A stretch of 24,000 bases of DNA from an uncultured Aestuariivirga sp. (lineage in GTDB: Bacteria; Pseudomonadota; Alphaproteobacteria; Rhizobiales; Aestuariivirgaceae): positions 5,499 through 29,498 of the forward strand of contig CAZICN010000008.1 of assembly GCA_964537655.1 (NCBI GenBank), in the 5' to 3' direction. A program made the translations under genes and the position numbers. The stretch's first letter is position 1, and each line of letters opens with the position of its first letter. Below, piece after piece: positions 7,421-15,139 of the stretch. Under the pieces are notes generated by a model. The model did not search any database and was not told the origin of the DNA. It saw only the letters and a list, made by a program, of their open reading frames with translations.

Positions 7421-10275
7421 GCCATGCGCAGCATTTCCGTCGCCTCGGCGCTCGCCTGGCGATAGGCGGCCTCGCAGCGGGCGAGATGGCGGCCGGCCTC
7501 CGGGCCATGGCGCCGGCCGGCGCTCAGCTCAAGCGCCCGGGCGTCGCGGCCGAGCTGCGTGAAACCCGCGGCGGTTGCGGTGCTGTAGGTCGCGTGCGCC
7601 ATCTCCTTGAGGCTGTCGAAGTCTTCTGCCTGTGCTGCCTTGCGCATGCGGGCGAAACGTTTGGGCAGGGTTTCATCGGCCAGCGCGAAGATCCGGCGCA
7701 TCGCCTCGGGGCCGAGCGCGCCGATATCGGCGGCGAGCAGCGCCTTGTCGACCGCTGCCGCCGGGGCTTCGCTCACCTGCCCGATGGCCTGGGCGAGCGC
7801 CTCCAGATTGAGAGGCTTGGCGACATAGGCATCCATGCCCGAGGCCAGATAGCGCTCCACTTCTTCGGTGAAGACATGAGCCGACATGGCGATGATGGGG
7901 ATGTCCGATGCGCCGAGCGCCCGAAGCTCGCGCGCCGTCGCGATTCCGTCCTTGCCGGGCAGGCTGATATCCATCAGCACGAGGTCGGGAGCGATCGCGG
8001 CGAAGCGCGCACCCGCCTCATAGCCATCCGCCACCGCCTCGGCCTTGTGGCCCAGCATTTCGAGGAACTGGCTGGCGACGAGGCGCGTGGCCGGGTCGTC
8101 CTCGACCACCAGCACCTTCAGCGCTTGCCGTCTTGCGCTGGCCTTGCGGCTCTTCGTCATTCGTATTGGCGCCGCGGCGGCGGCCGGCGCCAAAGCGAGG
8201 TCGAGCGTGAACAGGCTGCCCTTGCCGGGCGTCGAGGTGACGGTGAGCGTGCCGCCCATGGCTTCGGCGAGGCCCCGTGAAATCGCGAGGCCAAGGCCCG
8301 TTCCGCCATAGCGCCGGGTCACCGAGGCATCGGTCTGGGTGAAGGATTCGAATATGCGCTGCCGCTGATCGGCGGCGATGCCGATGCCCGTGTCCTTCAC
8401 CGTGATGCGAAGCGCATGCCGGGCCTCGCGCTTCTCCACCATGGCGGCCTTCACGGCGATCTCGCCTTTCTCGGTGAACTTGATGGCGTTGCTCAGCAGG
8501 TTGAAGACGATCTGCCGGAGCTTGCCGGCATCGCCCGCATAATGGCGGGCGAGCTTGCGGTCGAGTGCGAGCGACAGCTTCAGTCCCTTCTCCTCGGCCG
8601 AGGGCCGCATCAGGGCGACGACGCCGTTCAGGAGATCGGCCGGATCGAAGACCATCATGTCGAGCGCGACCTTGTCGGATTCGATCTTCGAGTAATCGAG
8701 GATGCTGTTGAGGATGCCGAGGAGGGTTTCACCCGAATTGGCGGCGATCGTCACATGCTTGCGCTGCGTCGCGCTGAGCTCGTCCTCCTTCAGGATCCGC
8801 AGCATGCCGAGCATGCCCGTCATCGGCGTGCGGATCTCGTGGCTCATGGTGGCGAGGAAGGCCGACTTCGCCCGGCTCGCCATTTCGGCCGCGTCGCGCG
8901 CCTGGGCATGGCGCGCCACTTCCTGCTGCAGCTCACCGGTGCGTTGATGCACGAGGTCCTGCAGTTCCTCGCGGTGCCGGCGCAGTTCCTCGTGGTTGCG
9001 CGCCTGTTCGGCCTCCAGCGCCTGGCGCTTGCGCGTCTCGTCGCGGAAGGCGACGACGGCCGAGGACAGGGCCTGCAGCTCCTTCGCCCCTTCTTTTGAC
9101 ACCTCGACCGACAGGTCGCCTCGGGTCAGCTTCTGCATGGCGCCGGAGAGGGCGCCGAGCCGGCGCACGATGCCGCGCTCGACATAGAACCAGACGATGA
9201 GGCCCGAGAGCGCCACGGCGATGAGCGACAGGGCGAGGAGGACATAGAGGCCGGCATCGACCGCGCCTTGCGCCTGCGCCGAGGCGGTGCGGGCGGAGCT
9301 CTGCGATGCGTCGAGCATGCGCTGCGCCACCCGGCTGACTTCGGCGGAGAGATTGCTGTTGGCCTCGGCCACGCTTTCGAGATCGTCGCCGATCGCGATC
9401 AGCCGCAGCCTCTCGCCGAACAGGCTGAAGCCCACGGGCGCGTTGCCGGAAGCGGCATCGAGGATCTTGAGAAAGGCCTGCGCCTGCTCGCGCCGCACCG
9501 GATCGTCGATGCTGGCGACCCGCCGGCGCACCACCCTGAGATGCTCCTCATAGCCTCTGGCGATCTCCGCCACTTCGTTGCGGTCGGTGGTGCGCGTGAG
9601 CTGATTGGCGAGAAGGCCGATCTGCGAGCTTCGAAGCCGCAGCTCCCACATGCGGTCGAGCAGATAGATGTCCTGTTCGATGAGGCGGTCGAGCGCCTGA
9701 TACGCCTCTTCGCGCCGCGTGTCGTCGTCGATCAGCCCATAGAGGCTCGATATCACCGCCGACGTGCCGGCCGACGTGTTGGAGACGAGGGTTTCCGACA
9801 GGTCGACGATCGCGGTGGCGGCGCTGATGGTGCGCTCGGCGCGCCCGGCGAAGCTGTGCTGGAGCTGCAGCCGCTCCTTCACCAGCCGGTTCTGTGCGGT
9901 GAGATTGTGCATCAGGGCGCCGACCGTGCCGGAAAGCTTGCTGGTCGTGGCGCTGTCGAGCGAGGCGAGGCCGGCATCCGCCACCGATTTGCGGATATCT
10001 GCGGCAAGGGCCGCAAGCTCGGCCTCCTGGGCGGCGCGCGAGGCCTCGTCGCGGACCGCGGTCAGGGCCGGGGCGGAGGCGACGAGCCGGGCACTGGTCT
10101 CCGCCGTGCGCTGCGCCGCGGCCACCGCCGGCAGCGCTTCCTTGTTGATTCGCGACTGCGTGGTGGAGATGTCGCGCAGGATCAGCCAGCCGGCGACGCC
10201 CGAGGACAGCGACAGCGCCGTGATGCCCAGAAAGGCGATGAACAGGCGTGCGCCGATTCCCAATCTTGACAGCAT
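7384..10275 (-). CDS. torS: Hybrid sensor histidine kinase, TorS-like (periplasmic sensor, HAMP, HisKA, HATPase, REC, Hpt)
   Basis: Start chosen at [15 protein letters not shown]... (10275); the track start 10323 is possible. H-box [15 protein letters not shown]-box [10 protein letters not shown], receiver [13 protein letters not shown]...[15 protein letters not shown]-terminal Hpt-like [15 protein letters not shown]. Two TM segments flank a periplasmic region of about 300 aa. Confidence 0.8.
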   Translation of the reverse strand: MLSRLGIGARLFIAFLGITALSLSSGVAGWLILRDISTTQSRINKEALPAVAAAQRTAETSARLVASAPALTAVRDEASRAAQEAELAALAADIRKSVADAGLASLDSATTSKLSGTVGALMHNLTAQNRLVKERLQLQHSFAGRAERTISAATAIVDLSETLVSNTSAGTSAVISSLYGLIDDDTRREEAYQALDRLIEQDIYLLDRMWELRLRSSQIGLLANQLTRTTDRNEVAEIARGYEEHLRVVRRRVASIDDPVRREQAQAFLKILDAASGNAPVGFSLFGERLRLIAIGDDLESVAEANSNLSAEVSRVAQRMLDASQSSARTASAQAQGAVDAGLYVLLALSLIAVALSGLIVWFYVERGIVRRLGALSGAMQKLTRGDLSVEVSKEGAKELQALSSAVVAFRDETRKRQALEAEQARNHEELRRHREELQDLVHQRTGELQQEVARHAQARDAAEMASRAKSAFLATMSHEIRTPMTGMLGMLRILKEDELSATQRKHVTIAANSGETLLGILNSILDYSKIESDKVALDMMVFDPADLLNGVVALMRPSAEEKGLKLSLALDRKLARHYAGDAGKLRQIVFNLLSNAIKFTEKGEIAVKAAMVEKREARHALRITVKDTGIGIAADQRQRIFESFTQTDASVTRRYGGTGLGLAISRGLAEAMGGTLTVTSTPGKGSLFTLDLALAPAAAAAPIRMTKSRKASARRQALKVLVVEDDPATRLVASQFLEMLGHKAEAVADGYEAGARFAAIAPDLVLMDISLPGKDGIATARELRALGASDIPIIAMSAHVFTEEVERYLASGMDAYVAKPLNLEALAQAIGQVSEAPAAAVDKALLAADIGALGPEAMRRIFALADETLPKRFARMRKAAQAEDFDSLKEMAHATYSTATAAGFTQLGRDARALELSAGRRHGPEAGRHLARCEAAYRQASAEATEMLRMAQDERPRVGANR

Positions 10276-10374
10276 GGCCGCTCCACCGGAAGTTTGCTGC
10301 GAGGACATGACCGAAGGGGCCATGATAGCGTGATCGTCCGCACAAGGAAGAGCGCCGTGACGGGATGGGGTCTA

Positions 10375-10422
10375 GATCACGATGAGTTTGGATCGCTGCG
10401 ATCCAAACTCATAAACGTGATC
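10375..10422. repeat. Long palindromic element in the torS/torT intergenic region
   Basis: GATCACG-ATGAGTTTGGATC-gctgc-GATCCAAACTCAT-aaa-CGTGATC. A perfect 13-bp stem (10382-10394:10400-10412) plus an outer 7-bp stem (10375-10381:10416-10422). Confidence 0.7.
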
Positions 10423-10431
10423 GATTCTTAT

Positions 10432-11523
10432 ATGTTAGCGCGGGATTCTCGCGAAAAGCCGGTTTCCACTTTTTCGCATCCCGCGCTAGCCGCCATTCTG
10501 GCGCTGTTCGCGGCAGTGTCGCCGGCCGGCGGCCAGGAAACCTGGCAGGTCGACCGCTGGACGCCGGCCTTCGATTATGGCGGCAAGGCCGAGACCGTCC
10601 CCTATGCGCCGCTTGGCTCCGCATCGAGGCCCTGGCGCATCTGCGCGTCCTATCCGCATCTCAAGGATTCCTATTGGCTTTCCGTCAATTACGGCATGGT
10701 GGAGCAGGCGCGGGGTCTCAAGGTGAGGCTCGAAGTGGTGGAGGCGGGCGGCTATCCCAATCTCGAGCGCCAGAAGGAGCAGATCGCGCAATGCACGGTG
10801 AAGGCCGACGCGCTCATCGTCGGCACGGTCTCCTATGACGGGCTGACGCCGCAGATCCGCGAGCTGGCCCGCCGCATGCCGGTGATCGCCGCCGTCAATG
10901 ACATCGACAGCCAGGGCATCTCGGCCAAGTCGGGCGTGTCCTGGGTCGCCATGGGTGCCGCGATCGGCGACTATTTCGCCAGGCTGCATCCGAGCGGCGG
11001 CAAGCCGGTCAAGGTGGCGTGGTTCCCGGGGCCCAAAGGCGCCGGCTGGGTCGATTTCGTCCGGCAGGGCATCGAACCCGCTCTGGCGAGGAGTGCCGCG
11101 AACATCGTCGCGATCAAATGGGGCGATACCGGCTTCGAGGCGCAGCTCCTGCTGCTCGAGGAAGTGATCGAGGAATATCCCGACATCGACTATGTCATCG
11201 GCAGCGCCGTCACCGCCGATGCCGCGGTGAGCCTGTTCCGCGCCAAGAACCTCACCGGCCGCGTCGGCATCCTCGCCGACTACTTCACCCACAGCACCTA
11301 TCGCGCCATCAAGCGCGGCAAGGTGATCGCCGCCCCCACCGACCAGCCGGTGATGCAGGGACGGATCGCCGTCGATCAGGCTGTGCGCGCCCTCGAAGGT
11401 TTGTTGTCGGCGCGCCATGTCGGTCCCCGGATCGAGATCGTCGATCAGGGCAGCCTGGCGCGCATCGAGGCTGGGAACAGCCTGGCGCCCGCCTGGTTCA
11501 GGCCGGTCTTCGAGGTGAAGTGA
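10432..11523 (+). CDS. torT: TorT-like periplasmic binding protein (ligand-sensing partner of TorS)
   Basis: ...WRICASYPHLKDSYWLSVNYGMVEQARGLKVRLEVVEAGGYPNLERQKEQIAQC... and the C-terminal ...FRPVFEVK are collinear with E. coli TorT as recalled (KLCALYPSLKDSYWLSLNYGM...FRPVY). The start is uncertain. ATG 10432 is the only canonical start upstream of the hydrophobic signal segment ALAAILALFAAV, yet the first 19 codons lie almost entirely within the REP-like repeat. Confidence 0.75.
   Translation: MLARDSREKPVSTFSHPALAAILALFAAVSPAGGQETWQVDRWTPAFDYGGKAETVPYAPLGSASRPWRICASYPHLKDSYWLSVNYGMVEQARGLKVRLEVVEAGGYPNLERQKEQIAQCTVKADALIVGTVSYDGLTPQIRELARRMPVIAAVNDIDSQGISAKSGVSWVAMGAAIGDYFARLHPSGGKPVKVAWFPGPKGAGWVDFVRQGIEPALARSAANIVAIKWGDTGFEAQLLLLEEVIEEYPDIDYVIGSAVTADAAVSLFRAKNLTGRVGILADYFTHSTYRAIKRGKVIAAPTDQPVMQGRIAVDQAVRALEGLLSARHVGPRIEIVDQGSLARIEAGNSLAPAWFRPVFEVK
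10436..10488. repeat. REP-like palindromic repeat, same family as 17087-17131, opposite orientation
   Basis: TAGCGCGGGAT-tctc-GCGAAAA-gccggtttccact-TTTTCGC-ATCCCGCGCTA. The reverse-complemented loop gtggaaaccgg resembles gtggatgccgg of the 17087 copy. The 18-mer TTTTTCGCATCCCGCGCT (10470-10487) recurs exactly at 22270-22287. Confidence 0.65.
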
Positions 11524-13125
11524 TCAGGCCCCGGCCCGCACCGACGCCCAGTCGAGATCGAAACGGGCGAGGTATTTGCGCAGGCGGTCGGCGTCGTTGC
11601 CGCTCGTCTTCTCCTGGCGCGATGCGGCGAACAGCCGTCGGCCGGCGGCGCTGAGCGATGCGCTCTCGCGGCAGATGGCGATCACCGTGGCGAGCTGGGC
11701 CTGGTCGAAGAGATCGATCCGCGCGATGCGCTCCGGCGGAAAAACCTCGCGCAGCAGCTCACCCGGTTCGCCGCGGCGTCCGTCCGACCACAGGCTCTTG
11801 AGCCGCGCGATTTCTTCCTCGACGGTCGTCTCGTCGATGCGGCCCTTGGGCGCCAGCGTCACCATGCGGGTGATCGAGGCGGAAAGGTCGCGGAAATTGG
11901 CACGCCACTCCGCTTCGGCCGAGGTCGCGAAGGCGGTGAAGCGGGACCGCGCTTCCTTGTTGAAGGTGATCTTGGCGCCGTCGTCCTGGGCATGGCGCTC
12001 GAGCTCGAAGTCGATATTGGGCTCGATATCTTCCGATCTGTCCTTGAGGGCGGGCAGCGCGAAGGTCCACAGGTTGAGGCGCGCCAGCAGATCGTCGCGG
12101 AACCGCCCTGACCGCACCGCGTCATGGAGATCGCGGTTGGTGCCGGCGACGAGCTGGAAGTCGCTTGCCGTCTCCTTGTCGGCGCCGACCGCGAGGAAGC
12201 GTTTCTCCTCGATGGCGCGCAGGATCATCGCCTGTTCGTCGGGCCCGAGCTCGCCGATCTCGTCGAGAAACAAGAGGCCGCCATCGGCGGATTTGAGCAG
12301 GCCCGGCCGCGCCGACTGGGCGCCGGTAAAGGCGCCCTTCACATGGCCGAACAGCGAGGACATGGCGGTATCGCCGCGCAAGGTGGCGCAGTTCACGTCG
12401 ACGAATGGTCCTTCGATCTGGTGGCGCGACTTCTTGAGTTCATAGATGCGCCGCGCCAGCTGCGATTTGCCGGCGCCTGTCGGGCCGGTCAGCAGGAAGG
12501 GCGCCTTGGAATTGATGGCCACCTGCTCGATGCGGTCGATCATGCGGTTGAAGGCGGCGCTCCGCGTCGCGATGCCGGATTTGAGGAAGGACGCGGCGTC
12601 GTGCTGCTCGGCCCGGAAGCGCGTGGCGATCCGGTCATAGCGCGACAGGTCGAGATCGATGATCCGCATCGGGCTCGTGAGATCGCCGCGCGCTTTCCGG
12701 GGCGGCGAGAGTTGCAGGAGCCTCGCCGGGATATGGCGCGTCTCGGCGAGCAGGAACCAGCAGATCTGCTCCACATGTGTCCCGGTGGTGATGTTGATGA
12801 AATAGTCTTCCTTCTCCGTATCGAAGCTGCGGCCGCGGGCGAAATCATGCAGCGCGCCATAGACTTCCTCGAAATCCCAGGGGTCCTTGAGGTTGATGAC
12901 GACCGGCGCCACCTGGGTCTCGGGCGAGACCTGGTTGATGTCCTGGGTCAGCCGCTGGAAGAGACCGGCCGAGTGATTGTCATGGATGAGTTCGAGCCGG
13001 TGGACGATAAAATCCTCCTGCTGGCACACGGCGACCGTCGGCCGCCAGCGCTCCCACCGGTTCTCGTGTTTGGCGATATCGAGTTTGGTGCCGATGAAGC
13101 CGATGACGACATTGGTCCTGCTCAT
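11524..13125 (-). CDS. rtcR: RtcR, sigma54-dependent enhancer-binding activator with N-terminal CARF-like sensor domain
   Basis: Near full-length collinearity with E. coli RtcR as recalled (WRPT..CQQE....RLEL.HD, NPWDFEEVY..LHDFARG, INITTGTHV.QICWFLLAE, IIDLDLSRY, GPTGAGKS, GAFTGA, ESFCS-less AAA+ core, C-terminal DADRLRKYLARF). ATG at 13125, with a TTG one codon upstream. The stop abuts the torT stop. Confidence 0.95.
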   Translation of the reverse strand: MSRTNVVIGFIGTKLDIAKHENRWERWRPTVAVCQQEDFIVHRLELIHDNHSAGLFQRLTQDINQVSPETQVAPVVINLKDPWDFEEVYGALHDFARGRSFDTEKEDYFINITTGTHVEQICWFLLAETRHIPARLLQLSPPRKARGDLTSPMRIIDLDLSRYDRIATRFRAEQHDAASFLKSGIATRSAAFNRMIDRIEQVAINSKAPFLLTGPTGAGKSQLARRIYELKKSRHQIEGPFVDVNCATLRGDTAMSSLFGHVKGAFTGAQSARPGLLKSADGGLLFLDEIGELGPDEQAMILRAIEEKRFLAVGADKETASDFQLVAGTNRDLHDAVRSGRFRDDLLARLNLWTFALPALKDRSEDIEPNIDFELERHAQDDGAKITFNKEARSRFTAFATSAEAEWRANFRDLSASITRMVTLAPKGRIDETTVEEEIARLKSLWSDGRRGEPGELLREVFPPERIARIDLFDQAQLATVIAICRESASLSAAGRRLFAASRQEKTSGNDADRLRKYLARFDLDWASVRAGA

Positions 13126-13266
13126 CAAGGACTTATATCAAAAGATAAAAGACAATCCAATAGTATCTATTCTAGCGGAAGAATGGAGGAAGGGCGGGCG
13201 AAGAAAGAAAAATATAAAATAGTAATATCAATTAGATATACGAATTCTGGCGGATCCTCCCACGTC

Positions 13267-13282
13267 TGGCACGCAGGCTGCA
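13267..13282 (+). promoter_or_regulatory. Sigma54 (-24/-12) promoter of the rsr operon
   Basis: TGGCACGcaggCTGCA matches TGGCACG-N4-TTGCW at 15 of 16 positions with correct GG/GC spacing. It lies 33 nt upstream of the rsr ATG, with SD AAGGGAAAG between them, and is divergent from rtcR. Confidence 0.85.
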
Positions 13283-13314
13283 ATGGTGTGCGCGTACACA
13301 AAGGGAAAGAAGCC

Positions 13315-14874
13315 ATGGCAAACAAATCCGTGTTTGCATCGACGATCGGAAGGCTGCTTCCGCGTGCGAATGCCTGGAATCACGAGAAGGCTCCGGCCTA
13401 TGGCCTTGTGCCGCGCGCTGCGCTGGCGCAACTGGCCGCGACCGGGACCTTCAACCGGACCTTCTATGCGGAGCCGCGGGAGCAGCTCGATCAGGTGCTG
13501 AAGCTGGCATGGAAGGTGGATTCCGCCTTCATCGCCAGGACGGCGATCTATGCGCGCGAGAAGGGGCACATGAAGGACATGCCGGCGGCTTTGCTGGCGG
13601 TCCTCGCCACGCTCGATACGGGTGATTTCGCCAAGGCGTTTCCGCGGGTGATCACGAACGGGCGCATGCTGCGCAATTTCGTGCAGGTCATCCGATCGGG
13701 TGCGGTTGGCCGCAAGTCCCTGGGCTCGCGCCCGAAGCGCATGATCCTGGGCTGGCTGGCTTCGGCGTCGGATGAGGACATTCTGCGCGCGAGCATCGGC
13801 AACGATCCCTCGCTCGCCGATATCATCCGCATGGTGCATCCCAAGCCCGAGACGAAGACGCGCGAAGCGCTTTATGGCTATGTGATCGGCCGTCCCTATG
13901 ACGCTGACGCGTTGCCGCAGATCGTGAAGGATCTCGAAGCCTTCAAGCGCGACCCGTCTTTGCCGGTTCCGGCGGTGCCGTTCCAGTTGCTGACCGCGCT
14001 GCCGCTGACGCAGAAGCAGTGGGCTTCGGTGGCCGAGACGGCGTCCTGGCAGACCTTGCGCCAGGGGCTCAACACCTTCGCGCGTCACGGCGTGTTCGGC
14101 ATTGCCGGCATGTCGGAGCGCGTGGCCGAGCGCCTCGCCGACGCGAAGGCGATCGCCCGCGCCAAGGTTTTTCCCTATCAGCTGATGGCGGCCTATGCCG
14201 CCTCGGCCGGGGAAGTGCCGAAGCCGGTGCGCAACGCCTTGCAGGATGCGATGGAAATCGCCATTGGCAATGTGCCGGAGCTCGATCAGCGGATCGTCGT
14301 CTGCCCGGATGTTTCGGGTTCGATGTCGTCCCCGGTGACGGGTCACCGCAAGGGTGCGTCGAGCGCGGTGCGCTGCATCGATGTCGCGGCTTTGGTGGCC
14401 GCGTCCTTCCTGCGCCGCAACGCGAAGGTCGAGGTGCTGCCTTTCGAGCAGGATGTGGTCGATATCGACCTCAACCCGCGAGATACGGTGCTGACCAACG
14501 CGGCCAAGCTCGCCAGGATCGGCGGTGGCGGAACCAACTGCTCGGCGCCGCTGGCGCGACTGGCGCGTGAGAAGGCGAAGGTCGACCTCGTCATCTTCGT
14601 TTCCGATAACGAATCCTGGGTGGATGCATCCAAGGGTGGCGCGACCGGAACGACGACGATGAAGGCCTGGGAGAGGGTGAAGCGGGTAAATCCTGAAGCC
14701 AAGCTCGTTTGCATCGACATCCAGCCCTACATAACGACGCAGGCGGTCGAGCGCGAGGACATCCTGAATGTCGGAGGTTTCTCCGATACGGTGTTCGAGA
14801 TGATCGCCGCCTTCGCCGAGAACCGGCTGGGGGCGGATCACTGGATCGGCGAGATCGAGAAGATCGCGCTGTAA
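13315..14874 (+). CDS. rsr: Ro60 ortholog Rsr (TROVE domain plus vWA/MIDAS domain)
   Basis: 519 aa starting MANKSVFASTIGRLLP... TROVE-like N-terminal two thirds (TFYAEPREQLDQVL...ARTAIYAREKGHMKDMPA) and a C-terminal vWA with MIDAS DVSGSM. The 916-aa track ORF 12124..14874 is this gene plus an antisense-to-rtcR read-through. Confidence 0.9.
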   Translation: MANKSVFASTIGRLLPRANAWNHEKAPAYGLVPRAALAQLAATGTFNRTFYAEPREQLDQVLKLAWKVDSAFIARTAIYAREKGHMKDMPAALLAVLATLDTGDFAKAFPRVITNGRMLRNFVQVIRSGAVGRKSLGSRPKRMILGWLASASDEDILRASIGNDPSLADIIRMVHPKPETKTREALYGYVIGRPYDADALPQIVKDLEAFKRDPSLPVPAVPFQLLTALPLTQKQWASVAETASWQTLRQGLNTFARHGVFGIAGMSERVAERLADAKAIARAKVFPYQLMAAYAASAGEVPKPVRNALQDAMEIAIGNVPELDQRIVVCPDVSGSMSSPVTGHRKGASSAVRCIDVAALVAASFLRRNAKVEVLPFEQDVVDIDLNPRDTVLTNAAKLARIGGGGTNCSAPLARLAREKAKVDLVIFVSDNESWVDASKGGATGTTTMKAWERVKRVNPEAKLVCIDIQPYITTQAVEREDILNVGGFSDTVFEMIAAFAENRLGADHWIGEIEKIAL

Positions 14875-14881
14875 CGATAAG

Positions 14882-14908
14882 GGACCACGGGGCGGCGTCT
14901 CGTGGTCC
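14882..14908 (+). other. Stem-loop immediately after the rsr stop
   Basis: GGACCACG (14882-14889) pairs with CGTGGTCC (14901-14908), with an 11-nt loop. Its function is unknown; it could be a processing or stability element, or the 5' boundary of the ncRNA array. Confidence 0.4.
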
Positions 14909-14917
14909 AGCGAAATG

Positions 14918-14985
14918 GGTGAATGCGGACAGGAATACAGTGGAACCGAGGGTTCAAATCCCCATTCTTGTCCTCCTTTGTCACC
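14918..14985 (+). ncRNA. Y-RNA-like module A (minimal: two stacked stems plus a T-loop-like hairpin)
   Basis: Outer stem GGTGA (14918-14922):TCACC (14981-14985). A 10-bp stem GGACAGGAAT (14927-14936):ATTCTTGTCC (14964-14973) with one G.T pair. Internal GGGTTCAAATCCC. It shares the GAATGC, AATACAG, T-loop and TTCTTGTC blocks with modules B and C in the same order. Confidence 0.45.
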
Positions 14986-14986
14986 A

Positions 14987-15123
14987 CCGCGGGGCGAATG
15001 CCTGCGGGACTACAGGGTAGAGCGCCTGCCGGTATGGCAGGAGGTCGGGGGTTCGTATCCTCCCGCCGGTGAAAGCCGGGCGTAGCTCAGGAAACGTCTC
15101 GCAACCATCTTGTCGCCTGGCGG
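14987..15123 (+). ncRNA. Y-RNA-like module B with tRNA-like domain (anticodon-like arm, T arm, loop-closed acceptor, split D stem)
   Basis: Terminal stem 14987-14997:15113-15123 (11 positions, one G.G mismatch, one G.T pair). Second stem 15003-15008:15098-15103. GGTAGAGCG-CCTGC-CGGTATG-GCAGG-AGGTC-GGGGG-TTCGTAT-CCTCC has exact tRNA spacing. Closed hairpin CGCCGG-tgaaag-CCGGGCG, then TAGCTCAGG. Confidence 0.6.
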
Positions 15124-15139
15124 ATTGATTGGAAGGAAC

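Noticed and set aside
6701-11523. A TMAO respiratory system (torCAD/torYZ) accompanying TorSTR
   Set aside because: No molybdopterin reductase or c-type cytochrome gene is present anywhere in the window, so only the sensory module can be claimed.
12124-13314. N-terminal 397 codons of the 916-aa plus-strand ORF 12124..14874
   Set aside because: This part runs antisense through rtcR, whose identity is unambiguous, and across the AT-rich spacer and the sigma54 promoter. Its sequence is low-complexity and R/A/G/D-rich. The real gene (rsr) starts at ATG 13315, behind a good SD. The in-frame ATG at 13183 is rejected for the same reason.
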